From NCBI GenBank assembly GCA_001724265.1, contig MEDY01000213.1, forward strand, positions 1 through 50,781: a DNA stretch of 50,781 bases, given 5' to 3'. The position numbers were made by a program, and so were the translations under genes. The DNA is from Rhizaria sp. SCN 62-66. Lineage: Eukaryota. Below, piece by piece: positions 20,403 to 32,315 of this stretch; positions within the stretch are counted from its first letter, which is position 1, and each line of letters opens with the position of its first letter. A model generated the notes under the pieces. It made no database searches. It was not told where the DNA came from and was given only the letters and a program-made list of their open reading frames with translations.

Positions 20403-23400
20403 ATGCGTCCCGGCCGCAACGGCTCTAATAACTCGGCTACGGGGCCGAGCCCCGCGAGTCCGATGGCACTTTCGTACACGCCTGACAGCACGCTCGCACG
20501 TCACCCCTCGGCATCAGGTTTCTTGCCTGATTTCGGCACCCGTTCTGGTGTCGCCAGTCCCGGCCTCCCCCGCGCAGGCTCCGGCAGTCCCGCGCTGTTC
20601 ACCAAGAGCTTTACCTCTGCTGGCGGTTCCGAAGACGGCGCTACTGCGACGGCCCCAATCACGATCGCGATCAACTCGCCTCGCTCAGGTCTCAGCAACG
20701 AGCTCGGCCGCCTCGGCCTCAACACTCGCTTTGGCGACTCCCCAGTCTCGCCCTACGCCACCGGCTCTTCCTCAAACCTGAACACGCTGAACCTCAAAAT
20801 GGCGCGTTCCGTGACCCACCAGGCCCCCAGCGAGCTTCTGTTTCGCACGCAAAAGGTGCAGCGCTCCTCCGTCGCCGGCACCGGCACTGGCGCCGGTCGC
20901 ACCATCCCTGTCTCCGAGGAGCGGTGCTGGGAGTACTGGCGCAAGCAGCTGCGATCCCCCGCTGTTTTCACGCTGCTGACCGACTTCCCGCGCCCCGTGC
21001 CGGCCCCTGCGCCTGCGACAAGCACCCCGTCCGGTGTGCCGGCCTGGTAGCCCGACGCGGCCGCGTGTGCTGCTGCCCAGACGGTGCGTCTCGAGCTGCC
21101 CTCGCGGGTGGTGACGCAGATGCGCGCCGCCGCGTTCCAGCACCACGCGACGCTCTACGAGGCCTTTTTGGCCGTGTTCAAGGTGCTGCTGTTCCGCTAC
21201 TCGCGCGAGACGGACGTCACTGTGTACACTGACACGGGCATTAACGTCGTGCCTCTGCGCGTCGCCGTCACCGGCGAGCTCTCGTTCAAGCAGTTGCTGC
21301 GCCTGACCAAGATCGCCGTTGAGCAGGGCTTCCACTACGATCTTCTGGGCGCTGCCGCGCTGGCTGTGGATCTACAGACGACTTCTTTCAGTACCGTTGG
21401 CTTCCAGCTGCAGTACGAGGACGAACGCGCCGACCACGACGCTGCACTTTTCATCCGTTCACATGAGCTCGGTCTTGAGCTCGACCTTCATGACGAGGGC
21501 TTTGCGGTTGTTTCGCTGCATTATGCTCCCTCGCTGTTCGTGGCCGAGACGGCGCGGCAACTGCTTGACCACTTCGGCGAGCTGTGCGTGAACCTCGCCG
21601 CGCCCGATTTCGTCAACTCGACCATCGCAGTCGTGCCGCTGACGTCCTCGGAGGAGTCTGCGGCGCTGCTGCGACAGCGCTGGCCCGAGCGCGTGGGCGG
21701 CCCGCTGGTCGACCACTCGTCACAGGCTGGCCACGAGGAGGAGTACGCGTGGACGACTGATGAGCACATGTCGGACATGTTCGAGCGCCAAGCCGCGCGT
21801 TCCCCTGACGCGCCGTGCATCGACGACGAGGGCCGCGTGTACAGCTACCGCGAGGTCAACGAGCGTGCCAACGCGCTGGCGCGGACGCTTCTTGACAACC
21901 CTGCGCTGGGCATTGTGCCGGGCACGGACCAGCTCATCGCCACGCTGCTTCCCCGTTGCGCGGACGTGTACATCTGCCAACTGGCTATCATGAAGGCCGG
22001 CTGCGGTTACATCTGTATCGACTGCACCTACCCGCAGGACCGTGTTGACTACATCCTGTCTGATTCGCGCTCGCGCGTCATGCTTACCGTTGCCTCGCTC
22101 GCGGGCAAGCAGACAGTGTGTCCCGAGCTCCGTCTCGACGACGAGGACGTCAAGGCCAAGTTCGCCGCCGCTCTTTCTGCTTCGACCAGCAAGGGCAAGA
22201 AGCCCTCTGGTAAGAAGGACGCCGACGGCGATGACTCTGGCGATGAGTACTTCAAGCGTCTGCGCGTGCGTTCTGCGCCTGCGTCGAAGCCGCGCGGCAC
22301 TGACCTCGCGTACGTCATCTATACCAGTGGTACGACTGGCAAGCCCAAGGGTGTGATGATTGAGCACCGCTGCGGTGTCAACTTCGTTAAAGGTGAGGCC
22401 GCATGTTTCCGCATCAAGCCCACTGACCGTGTTTTGCAGGGCTTTTCGACCTCGTTTGACGCCTCAGTCGAGGAGATCTGGCTCCCGCTCTACGCGGGTG
22501 CGTGTCTCGTCGTCGGCACGCTCGCGACGATGCAGTCTGGCCCCTCGTTGCCGCAGGTGCTGCACAAGCTGGGCGTTACCGTGCTGTCCACGGTTCCCAC
22601 GCTGCTCACGATGATCTCGCCGCCCGCGCCTGGTGCGCCCGCCGACGACGTCGACAACCTCCCGCTCGTGCACTTGCTTATCCTCGGCGGTGAGGCGTGC
22701 CCGCCCGAGCTCGTTGCCCGCTGGGCGCCCGGTCGTCGCCTGATCAACTCATACGGCCCCACTGAGGCCACCGTCGTGTCGACGTTCGAGCAGTCGTATG
22801 TGGGCAAGCGCGTCACCATCGGTCGCCCGCTGCCTAACTACTACTGCACGGTTCTTGACGCTAACATGCAGCCATGCCCTGTGGGTATGCCTGGTGAGCT
22901 GCTTATTGGTGGCGTGTCGCTTGCGCGTGGCTACATGAACCTTGAGGCGCAGACCAAGGAGAAGTTCATCACCACGCCGTTCCCCGACCTCGTCGAGACC
23001 GTGCCCGTGCTGTACAAGACAGGCGACCTGTGCCGCTACCTGCGCAACGGCGACATCGAGTTCCTCGGTCGCATTGATTCGCAGGTCAAGCTGCGTGGTT
23101 TCCGCGTCGAGCTGAGCGAGATTGAATCCGTCATCACGCAGTTGCCGTACGTGCGCTCCGCCGTCGTCGCTGTCAAGGGTCAGAACCTCATCGCGTTCGT
23201 TGTGCCCAAGGATCCTATGTCAAGTCCCGGTGGCGACGATGACGTCAAGCACGGCTCTGTCTTTGTCGAGGACGCCAATTCGCTGCTTCTGGACGAGTCT
23301 GAGCCAATTGCGCGTTGCTTCGATCACGCCGCGGCTCGCGAGTACATGAAGAAGATGCTTCCGCACTATATGATGCCCGGTCAGACTATCCTCGTCAAGG

Positions 23401-26400
23401 ACATCCCTTCCCTGCCTTCCGGCAAGGCGGACCGTAAGACCCTGATGCAGATTCAGGTCAAGTCCGGCACGGGCGCTGGTGCGGGCCACGGCTCCCTGGC
23501 CGAGACACGCAAGAAGCGCGCTGGCGCGGGCGCGGGTGGCAAGCGCGCGCGTGGCGCTGCGCGTGAGCGCGGACTGGCCACGGCCGAGGCGCTGGAGAGC
23601 ACGCGTTTCTTCCGCCACGCGCCGCCCGAGAAGCAGGCCGCGATCGCCGCAGCCCTGGCGCGTATCGAGGCCGAGTTCGGCGCGAACCCGGTCAAGGCGC
23701 GCTCTGCTGCCGAGGCGGGAGCGCTGGGCGACTCGGATGCGAGCGACGACAGCGGCAGCGACAGTGACGACGACGCCGGCAGCGGGCTGACGAAGCTGGA
23801 GAAGGAGGTTGTGGGTGTGTGGGAGGAGGTGCTCGGCCAGAGCCCCGTAGGCGTGACGGACGACTTTTTCTCTGATCTCGGCGGCCACTCAGTTGTCGCC
23901 GCGCTTGTGGTGTCGGCTATGCGCAAGAAGGGCCTCGTGGTGTCGATGCGCGAGCTGTACGGAAACCCCACGGTCCGCGGCTTCGTCGCCGCGATGCTCG
24001 CCGATCCTGCCAACGCCGCTGCTGCCGCTGCTGCGCTGCCACCCGCCGCGGCAGCTGCAGCTGCGGCTGCTGCGGCTGAGGCTGGTGCCGAGGAAGGCGC
24101 TGACGATGGCAAGCTGGCGGGCTACCGCGGGCCGCTAATGGGGTGGAAGCAGGAATATGCCGTGTTCATCTTTCAGACTCTGGGGCTGCTCGGCGCCGTG
24201 GCATGGCTGGCGATGGTGCGCATCGGTATCTACTTCTTGATCCGCCTTCTGTACGACAAGCACTTGCTCGATATATCGCTCGGCAACGCCGCCGTGCTGT
24301 GTGCTGTGACGCCGCCGGCGATGACTGCCATTACGCTCCTCTGCCTGCTGCTGCTGATTCCGTTCAAGTGGCTGCTGCTGGGCCGCATCAAGCCCGGTCG
24401 CTATCCCATGTACGGCTGGTTCCACATGCGCTGGTGGCTCGTGTCCAAGATCGCTGCCAACTTCCCGTTCCCGTTCTTCCGCAACACGTGGGTGCTGCGC
24501 TGGTTCCTGCGCCTCATGGGTGCCCGTGTCAGCGGCTCCGCGTACCTCGGCTCGTTCCTGCTGTCAGACTATGACCTCATCACGATCCACGATGACGCTG
24601 CCATCAACACACAGGCGCGTCTGTCGCCTCACCGCTTTGAGGACGGCTTCCTCATCCTCGAGCCCATCGTAATTGGCCGCGGCGCAGTTATCGGTCCCCG
24701 TTCCGCGGTGTCCGGTGGTGTCACTGTCGCTCCCTACGCCGAGCTCGACGCGCTCTCGCTGCTGCCACCTGGCGCGCATGTCGAGCCTGGGACTCTGTAC
24801 CGTGGCAGCCCCGCCAAGCCTGCCGGCCCCGCGCCGGCCACGCCTGTGCCTGCGTTCCAGCCAACCGCGACTGCCGGCGTCATCAACAGCGCCTCCGCCG
24901 CCGAGGCCGCCGAGCACGGCGGCTTTATGCCCTTGATCGAGGAGGGCGACGAGAGTGGCGGCCGCGCGGACCTTGCGCCGACTAAACGCACCTGCTGCTC
25001 TGGTTTTATCGTCTCGCTGTCGATGTTTGTGTCCATGTCACTGTACGGATTCTTCACTCTCTACGCGTACCTACCCGCTGCTGTTGCTTTCTACCTGTTC
25101 CTGGGCCCGCCCAAGTGGTCCCTGGGCCAGATCCTGCAGTGGTCCCCTATCGCCGTCGTCGCGTCCGTGCTCATTTACCTCATCGTCATCATCGTGCTGC
25201 GCTGGGTCGTCTGCTGGCAGTTCACTCCCGGTGCGTACACCACGGACTCGTGGGTCTACTTTCGCAAGTGGTATCTCGATATGCTCACCGACGTCGCTGT
25301 CCAGTCGATGCAGACGCTGTACGCGACTGTGTACACGCCGTTATTCCTGCGTGCACTGGGCGTACGCATGGGCAAGCGCGTAGAGTGCTCCACTCTCTTT
25401 GACTTTACGCCGAATTTGACTGTGCTTCAGGACGAGTGCTTCATCGCCGACCACGTCGCGATGGGCTCATCCGTCGTGCGCCGTGGCGCGTTCGAGCTTA
25501 AGGAGACCGTCGTTGGCGCCCGTACCTTCGTCGGCAACAACGCCGTTCTCGTCGCGGGCTCGCGCCTTGCTGGCAACAGCCTCATCGGCGTCAGCTCCGT
25601 CCCACCTGTCGGCGAGATGGCTGAGGGCACGTCGTGGGTCGGCTCCCCGTCGTTCCTGCTGCCTTCGCGCAAGAAGGTCGCCGGCGTTTCCGAGAGTGAA
25701 ACGTACAACCCGCCCGTGTACAAGGTGCTGCACCGCGCGACCTGGGAGTTCTTCAAGGTGCTGTTTCCCTTTTTCTTGGGTGCGACCAACTACGGCATTC
25801 TCGTCTCGCTCACCGTCTGGGCTCTGGACAAGTATGGCGTCATGATGTCGTCGTTCGTTTTCTTCCCCGTCTTTGCGCTCGCCCTCACCGTCGGCTTCGC
25901 AATATTCGTCATCGCGCTCAAGTGGCTGCTCATCGGCAAGTTCAAGACGCGCAACTACCCGCTGTGGTCCGTTGAAGTTTGGCGCGCCGAGTTCATGCAG
26001 GGCATCGAGGAGAACTTTATCGCCCCCATCTTCCTTAGCGCCGCGCAGGGCTCCTGGTGGGCCGTGCTTTGGTTCCGTCTCATGGGCGCCAACATCGGCG
26101 AGCGCGTGTACTTGGACACGATCTACCTCACGGAGCCCGACCTGATCACGATCGACGACGACTCGGTGATTGAGAGCGCCACCACTGTGCAGACACACCT
26201 GTTCGAGGACCGTGTGATGAAGCAGGAGCCGCTGTACATTGGCCGCGGCTGCTCGGTGGGTGCCAACTCCGTCGTGCTCTACTCCTCCAAGGTCGAGGAC
26301 GGCGCTGTGCTTGAACAGGCCTCGCTCGTCATGAAGGGCGAGACGCTGATGAAGGGCCTGCGCTATGAGGGCATTCCCGCCGTCACCGCTGTGCACCGCC

Positions 26401-26471
26401 GCGCGCCCAACAAGGCCGCACAGTCAGCCGCCTATGTCCCGCCTATCGTCGCGGCGTCGGGCCTTAACTAA
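20403..26471 (+). CDS. Membrane-bound single-module NRPS of the epsilon-poly-L-lysine synthetase (Pls) type: remnant C domain, A, T, then three TM/beta-helix terminal repeats; 2022 aa if the TAG at 21048-21050 is sense
   Basis: A-domain cores YVIYTSGTTGKPKG, FDAS, NSYGPTE, GELLIGGVSLARGY, YKTGDL, GRIDSQVKLRGFRVELSEIE and PSGKADRK. T domain DDFFSDLGGHS (Ser at 23889-23891). Three repeats LRLMGARVSG, LRALGVRMGK and FRLMGANIGE are each preceded by hydrophobic TM stretches. Ends TAA. Confidence 0.92.
21048..21050 (+). other. In-frame TAG no. 3 (candidate sense codon) inside the condensation-domain remnant
   Basis: GTG CCG GCC TGG TAG CCC GAC GCG GCC. The upstream motif YWRKQL...LLTDFPRP and the downstream motif ATLYEAFLAVFKVLLFRYSRETDV are consecutive parts of one C domain. 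Confidence 0.85.
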
Positions 26472-28011
26472 GCGCACACGCATGCTAAAGCTATCGTATC
26501 TTTTGTGCGAGCTATTCTGAGCTCGGCACAGCACCATTCCTTTAGCAATGATAGTATAGACTGCTTGTGCAGCTATGAACTACTCGCAATTTTTTACTAC
26601 GACTACATTGAGTGGTGACGCGTTTGTGTGAAAGCAATCGTTGTTGTTTTTATGTGAGAATGATTGCAGATCGCTGCGTCGCAACTTTTGTATGATTTTT
26701 ATTCTTTTTTTTGTTCTTTTGTTTACCGCGTCTTACGTGTTAACACATATTGTCCGTTGCTGCTTTTGCTGTTGCTGTTGCTATTTGCTACCGCTGTTAT
26801 GAGTGCCGTTCTCCTGTCACTGCAGGATGCTTCTGGGTCCCGGCACAGGCGTTCTTTAGTAAGCTTTCTTGATGCTTTCGAGTCGCCGACGCCGCCACCC
26901 GGAATCTCACTGCGCGGCACCACGGCTTTTTTCTAACACAACAACTGAAGCTATTAACACTCAATGCGTGCTTGACTAAACGCTCGCCATCGTTAACTGT
27001 TATGTTTTGTATTTTCGTTTTGTTATGCTTAATGTCCAAGTTTGTAATTGTTCCATCGCCCAACTTCCCCTAGCTTTTAACTGCTGGTCAGTGTGCACGC
27101 TCGTGCGCTATTCACATATCGCGCGACGCAGGGCGCTCTGGCGGTGTTACACGCCCAGTTACAATGCGTGTCATGCCGGCTTAGCTGTTGTAGATTTTTC
27201 GTCAAAATAGTTTAGTTGCTTCTCATATTCGATTCTCGCGTTTCTCATCATCCCTCATGCTCTCATCATCTTAAGTTTCCCCGTCGTAGTATCATGTTCA
27301 GTGTTGTCTTTTGTCTATTTCTTTTACTCTATGCTAAGGTAGGTTTGCGGCCACGCTCCGTCGTTTATGTTGCTCCAGCAGCAGCAGCGGTGACGGTATG
27401 CAGCCTGAAGTGTTCATGAAAGGCTTGTGTGATTAAGATATGTCTATTCGTCTTTTTATCAAGCCTTTGTTGTGAATGCAGCATGCTACAGTTAGTTCAT
27501 AGGTTTCGTTTTCTCCATAACTACTTATACACAATGACTCTCAACACTGCCACACTTCTATTTGCGCAGCTCCAGCGTAACATCGATCTGTTGAGCGAGT
27601 ACTCAATATAAATGTCACCACCAGCTTCGTTCCAGATAAAAATAAAACGTATCTGCAACCGACAATAATATTATACAATACTTTTCAATGAATCTATGTT
27701 GATGTCGATGACTACGCATTCCGCAATCATTCTCACCACAAACGGGCTTTAGTTACATGCAGCAGGTTGTTGGAACACCTTGTCTGCGAGGGACATTACA
27801 GAGTCCCACAACCGTCTGTTACGACTTTCACAGATGCTATGTTATACTAAACGAACAATGTTACACTTCAATTTTTTTCTAATTCCTGCGATGTTTGGCT
27901 TCTCATCTCCGGAGATTGCGGGACGCTTACCACTGCCTCACCTTTGACACTGCTTCCCCTGTCACACTTTTCTCCGTCCACCATCCTACGTTCCCATGCA
28001 TCTAGTTTACA

Positions 28012-28248
28012 ATGATCATCAAGGTCAAGGCTCTCGACGGCACCAAGATCGAGCTTACGGTGAACGAGGACGACACCGTGCTCACTGTGAAGCAGCAGCT
28101 CGCTGAGAGCGTCTCGCTCGACGTGGCCCAGCTCCGTCTCATTCACCTTGGCGTGCCCCTCAAGGACGAGACGACCCTCCAGGAGTCCCGCGTCACCTCT
28201 GGCTCTACGCTCCACATGATTGCCCAGCTCCGTGGTGGCTTCTTCTAA
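28012..28248 (+). CDS. Ubiquitin-like modifier, NEDD8/Rub1-like and divergent (76 aa plus an FF tail)
   Basis: MIIKVKALDG...QLRLIHLG...GSTLHMIAQLRGG-FF. Ubiquitin register is exact with G75-G76; L8, I44 and H68 are retained. Ends TAA. Confidence 0.85.
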   Translation: MIIKVKALDGTKIELTVNEDDTVLTVKQQLAESVSLDVAQLRLIHLGVPLKDETTLQESRVTSGSTLHMIAQLRGGFF

Positions 28249-28579
28249 GCGGACCTCTGCAGTATGTTTGCTCATTCGCCACAAAAGTCGCAGGCAAAGT
28301 CTGAATCGCAAGCTGAGCATCACATATGCCAAGCTCTAGTCAGAGTGTTTACACAGTTTTATCAAGCGTGTTTTTCACCATAACAACAAATAAAGAATAA
28401 CTCGTCATTTTATACTCGTATTTATATCATAAATAATAGTTTATTTTATGCGTCATCTTGATTCATTCTGTTAGTTGACCATTGTTCTTGCAATTCTTCG
28501 CTCAGAGCCACTTAATTCAGCTACTACACTGTGCTTCTCAGCAGTTGCGTCGCTTCTCATTGATATAATTACGGTGTTT

Positions 28580-31500
28580 TCAATCTTTCTTCGCAGCGTT
28601 CTTCTCACCCTTCTCCCGCCCGGCGCTGCTGCCACTGTTATTGCCTTCAGCGCGCGTCCTAACTCCAGCCTCCTTGTCCGCAGCATCAGCCTGCGTCTGC
28701 GTCTGCATCTGCGACAACGTCTCGGTCTGCGCCAATGTCTGACCCTGGGCGTGCACATGCCCGAGCGCAGCAGCGGCCGCCGCGGCGACCTCGGCCTCAT
28801 CAACAGGCTTCCTGGTCACGTGGGCCCTGGCCAGCGCCTCGGCCTGCGCCTTGGCCTCGGCCAGGACCTCCTCCTCAGCCGCCTGCCGCGCCACGGCCTC
28901 CGCGGCGCGCGCCTCGGCCAGCACCCGCGCCGCGGCGCGCGCCTTGGCGGCGAGCACCTGCGCGCGCGTCATGCCTGCGGCCTCGGCCTCGCGCTGCGCG
29001 TGCGCCTTGGCCTCCGCGCGCGCCTGCGCGAACGCGATCGCGGCCTCCACTGCGGGTTGCGCGCGGGCGAGCGCGGCGGCGGCGTCGGCCTTGGCCTGCT
29101 CGTTAACGCGCGCGGCCTCGTCCGGGTGCTCGTGACCCTCGATGTCATCCGGGTCGCCCACAGCGTTGGCCGTCGTGGACTGGTACTGCCACATCGCCGC
29201 GTAGACGCCGTTGAGCGCCAGCAGCGACTCGTGCGTGCCGCGCTCCGCGATGTGGCCGTGCGACAGCACGATGATGTCGTCGCAGTGCGTGATGGCCGAG
29301 AGCCGATGCGCGATGTACACGGCAGTGCGGCCCTTGGTGAAAGTGCGAATGTTGTTGATGATCTCGTGCTCCGTCTGCATGTCCAGCGCTGACGTCGCCT
29401 CGTCGCAAAATACGATGCGTGGGTCCTTGAGGATCAGGCGCGCAATCGCGATGCGCTGCTTCTCGCCGCCGGAAAGCTTGAGCCCGCGCTCGCCGACGAG
29501 CGTGGCGAAGCCCTCGGGCATGCGCTCGATCGTGGCCGTGAGATTGGCCAGCTCGGCGGCTTGTCGCACCTCGGCTTCAGTCGCCGACTGCCGTCCGTAG
29601 CGGATGTTGTTCATGATGGTGTCGTTGAACAGACACGTGTCCTGCGGGACTACGCCGATGGCGTTCTTGACGCTGCGGATCTTGGCCTGGCGCACGTCGA
29701 CGCCCGAGAGGAAGACGCCGCCGCCGTCGACGTCGAACTCGCGTGCCGCGAGGCGGAAGATGGTGCTCTTGCCGCTGCCGCTGGGGCCCACGATCGCGGC
29801 CTGCGTGCCCGGCGCGATGGTGAAGGACACGTCGTGAAGAATGGGGCGCTCCTTGGAGTAGGCAAATGACACGTTCTTAAACGTCAGAGAGATGCCGTCC
29901 TCGGAGCTGCTGTCCAGACTGTGTAATGATGATAATAAAACAACGTTAAGAACAAGATTCAGAAGATGTGAGTGATCTGACGAAGCAAAAAACTCTCTCA
30001 AAACGACGAAGTTGAAAAGAATATATGAATCAGACAACGTACGTGATGGCGTTTGGAGGCTGCGCAAGAGAGCTCTCAATGCCGCGCAGAGCCATCATAA
30101 CGTGCATGTCCGTGAGGGCCTGTTTGAGCTCGCGATACACGGAGCCGACGAAGTTGAGCGGGATCGAGAGCTGGAACAGTAGAGCGTTAACCATGACCAG
30201 GTCACCGACAGTCTACAGAAAATGAACAGATTAACAAGAAGAGACAACAATTAATTCAAGTGAGTAAAGTAAGTCAAATAAAAAGAAGAGTGAAACAACA
30301 ACAGAAACACACCAGCAACGAACATCGATCCGGAAATTTCTTTTCAACAAGGTAATCAGGCGTACCATGGTTCCCGCAGCAACTCCGTGAGCCGCCAAAA
30401 GCATGACGGCGGTCATACCGGCGCTGAAGATAACGTTCTGTCCCCAGTTGAGTAGCGCAAGCGACTCGTTGGTGGCGACCGAGGCCCTATTCTGCACGGA
30501 GATGATATCATTGTAGCGCTTCGTCTCGTACTCGATGTTAGAGAAGGCCTGCACGGTGGACGAGTTGATGAGCGCGTCGAACGCGCGCGCGCTGGCCTCG
30601 TTGTCCGCCTTGTTCATCTCACGGCGGAACTTGCCGCGCCACTTGGTGATGCCGACGGTGAAGCCGATGTAAGCCGTGAGCGTGGCGGCCGCGATGGCCG
30701 CGTAGGCAACGCCGCAGTTGGCCGTGAGAATGCCCAGCACGAGCGAGATTTCCAGCGCGGTGGGCACGATGTTGAACGCCAGCGAGTTGAGCACGAAGCC
30801 GATGGAGCGCTGGCCGCGGTCAATGGCGCGGGTGAGCGCGCCGGTGTTGCGCTCGAGGTGGAACTTGGCGTCCATGGTGAGCAGGTGGCGGAAGAGGTCC
30901 ACAGCGATGGACTGAATGCCGTCCTGCGTGACCTTGGCGAAGAGCGCTGACCGCAGCTCGTTGGTGAAGGACGCGAGCGCGCGCGCGATACCGTAGCCGA
31001 GAAGGACGGAGACAGGCACGGCAACCATCAGCGACGGCTGCCCCGCGGCGTTGACGGCGGACATGGCCGCCTCGACCGTAGACGCAACCGACTCGACCGT
31101 GGACGCGACAGAGTCGGCCACAGCCGCAGTGGTCTCGGGACACGCCCCCACGGCCGTCGCGCACTGGTCGGCAACCGCGCACGCGGCCTGCTTGGCGGCC
31201 GCCGCGTCGGTCGCGGTGGGCACATGTTGCGCGAGCGCCGAGGCGTCGAGGCTCGGCACGGCGACGTTGTGCTTGGTGGCCAGCTCGACCACGCGCTGGT
31301 GCGCCTCGCGGGCCTCGAGCCGCGCAGAGGCGAGCTGCTGCTGCGCGAGCTCGAGCTTGGCGGCCGCCTCCGTGGCTTGCTCCTGCAGCGCCGACTTGAG
31401 CGAGGCAGTAGCTTTGACCCGCGCCTGCACGCGGCCCAGCTCGTCGACGGCCTGCTTGAAAAGCAGCGGGACCCAAACGTTCATCACCTTGGCCGCCATG

Positions 31501-32315
31501 AGGCATACCATGGCCAGCGCCACCCGCACGCGGTGCCGCGGCTTGTCGGCGGGCCAGATGTAGGCCGAGAGTTGCTCAATGGCGAGCAGCAGGGACGGCG
31601 GCGCGCCCTCGGCCTCGCCCTGCGCCAGCTTGTCGCGGGACGTCTTGGACTCAACTTTGGGCGCCGAAGGCAGGTTCTCGGGGTCCACCGACGGAGGACG
31701 CTTGTTCGACACGGACAAAATCGAGAAAAGCCGGTGCGAAAAGGTCATCATATCGGGGGTCACCCACGCGGGCAGCGCGGGAGTCGGCTTCGCACCTGTA
31801 ATCGCACCCGCACTAGGGGGCGACCGACTGGCAGCGTTGCTGTTGATGGGGGCGGAGGCTGCGGAGGGGCGCGCGCGGAGGTTAGCGGTAGCACCGGAGG
31901 CTGTGGACGCAAAGCCACAGGCAGGAGCCGACGCGGGGCCCACGGTCACGGGCGCGACTGAGGCAGTTGCCGCAGCGGGAGCGGAGGGGGATGCTGAAGA
32001 AGAGACAGAAGCAGTGGCAGAGGCGCGGGCCACGGCAGGCGCAGGACCAAACGCGCCTAATCCGCAGGCAGCGGTCGCGCGGGACGCGAGCGGGCGGGCA
32101 AGCCAAGACGCTGCGCGGCGCAAGGAGATCGTAGGCTTAGCAAGAGCAGACGCAGACGTTGCGGAAGACGGGGCGGCGACAGAAACACTGCTTGTGTTTG
32201 CGGGCTTTGCAAGCGCATTATTGCGACCAAGACCACTCAGGCGCGCAAGAGCGCCGAACGAGCGCGCGGTCGCTTGAAGCGTCGCAGCGCTGCGCGTGGC
32301 GCGAGAGCGGATCAT
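28580..32315 (-). CDS. ATM1: Mitochondrial ABC half-transporter ATM1/ABCB7; exons 32315-30366, 30212-30043 and 29918-28580 (1152 aa)
   Basis: Motifs [76 protein letters not shown], Walker [18 protein letters not shown] and DEATSALD. Two GT-AG introns restore the frame. N-terminus is presequence-like. Ends TGA. Confidence 0.95.
29919..30042 (-). other. Spliceosomal intron 2 of ATM1 (124 nt)
   Basis: GTACGT...ATTACACAG, AT-rich; removal joins PNAIT to [18 protein letters not shown]. Confidence 0.85.
30213..30365 (-). other. Spliceosomal intron 1 of ATM1 (153 nt)
   Basis: GTACGC...TTTTCTGTAG; removal gives the conserved [12 protein letters not shown]. Confidence 0.9.

Noticed and set aside
26500-27990. 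1.5-kb AT-rich spacer with short ORFs
   Set aside because: No repeats, RNA-gene signature or coding bias recognised.
26472-32315. NRPS plus nearby ABC transporter as a biosynthetic gene cluster
   Set aside because: The transporter is the housekeeping mitochondrial ATM1, and no tailoring genes flank the NRPS.
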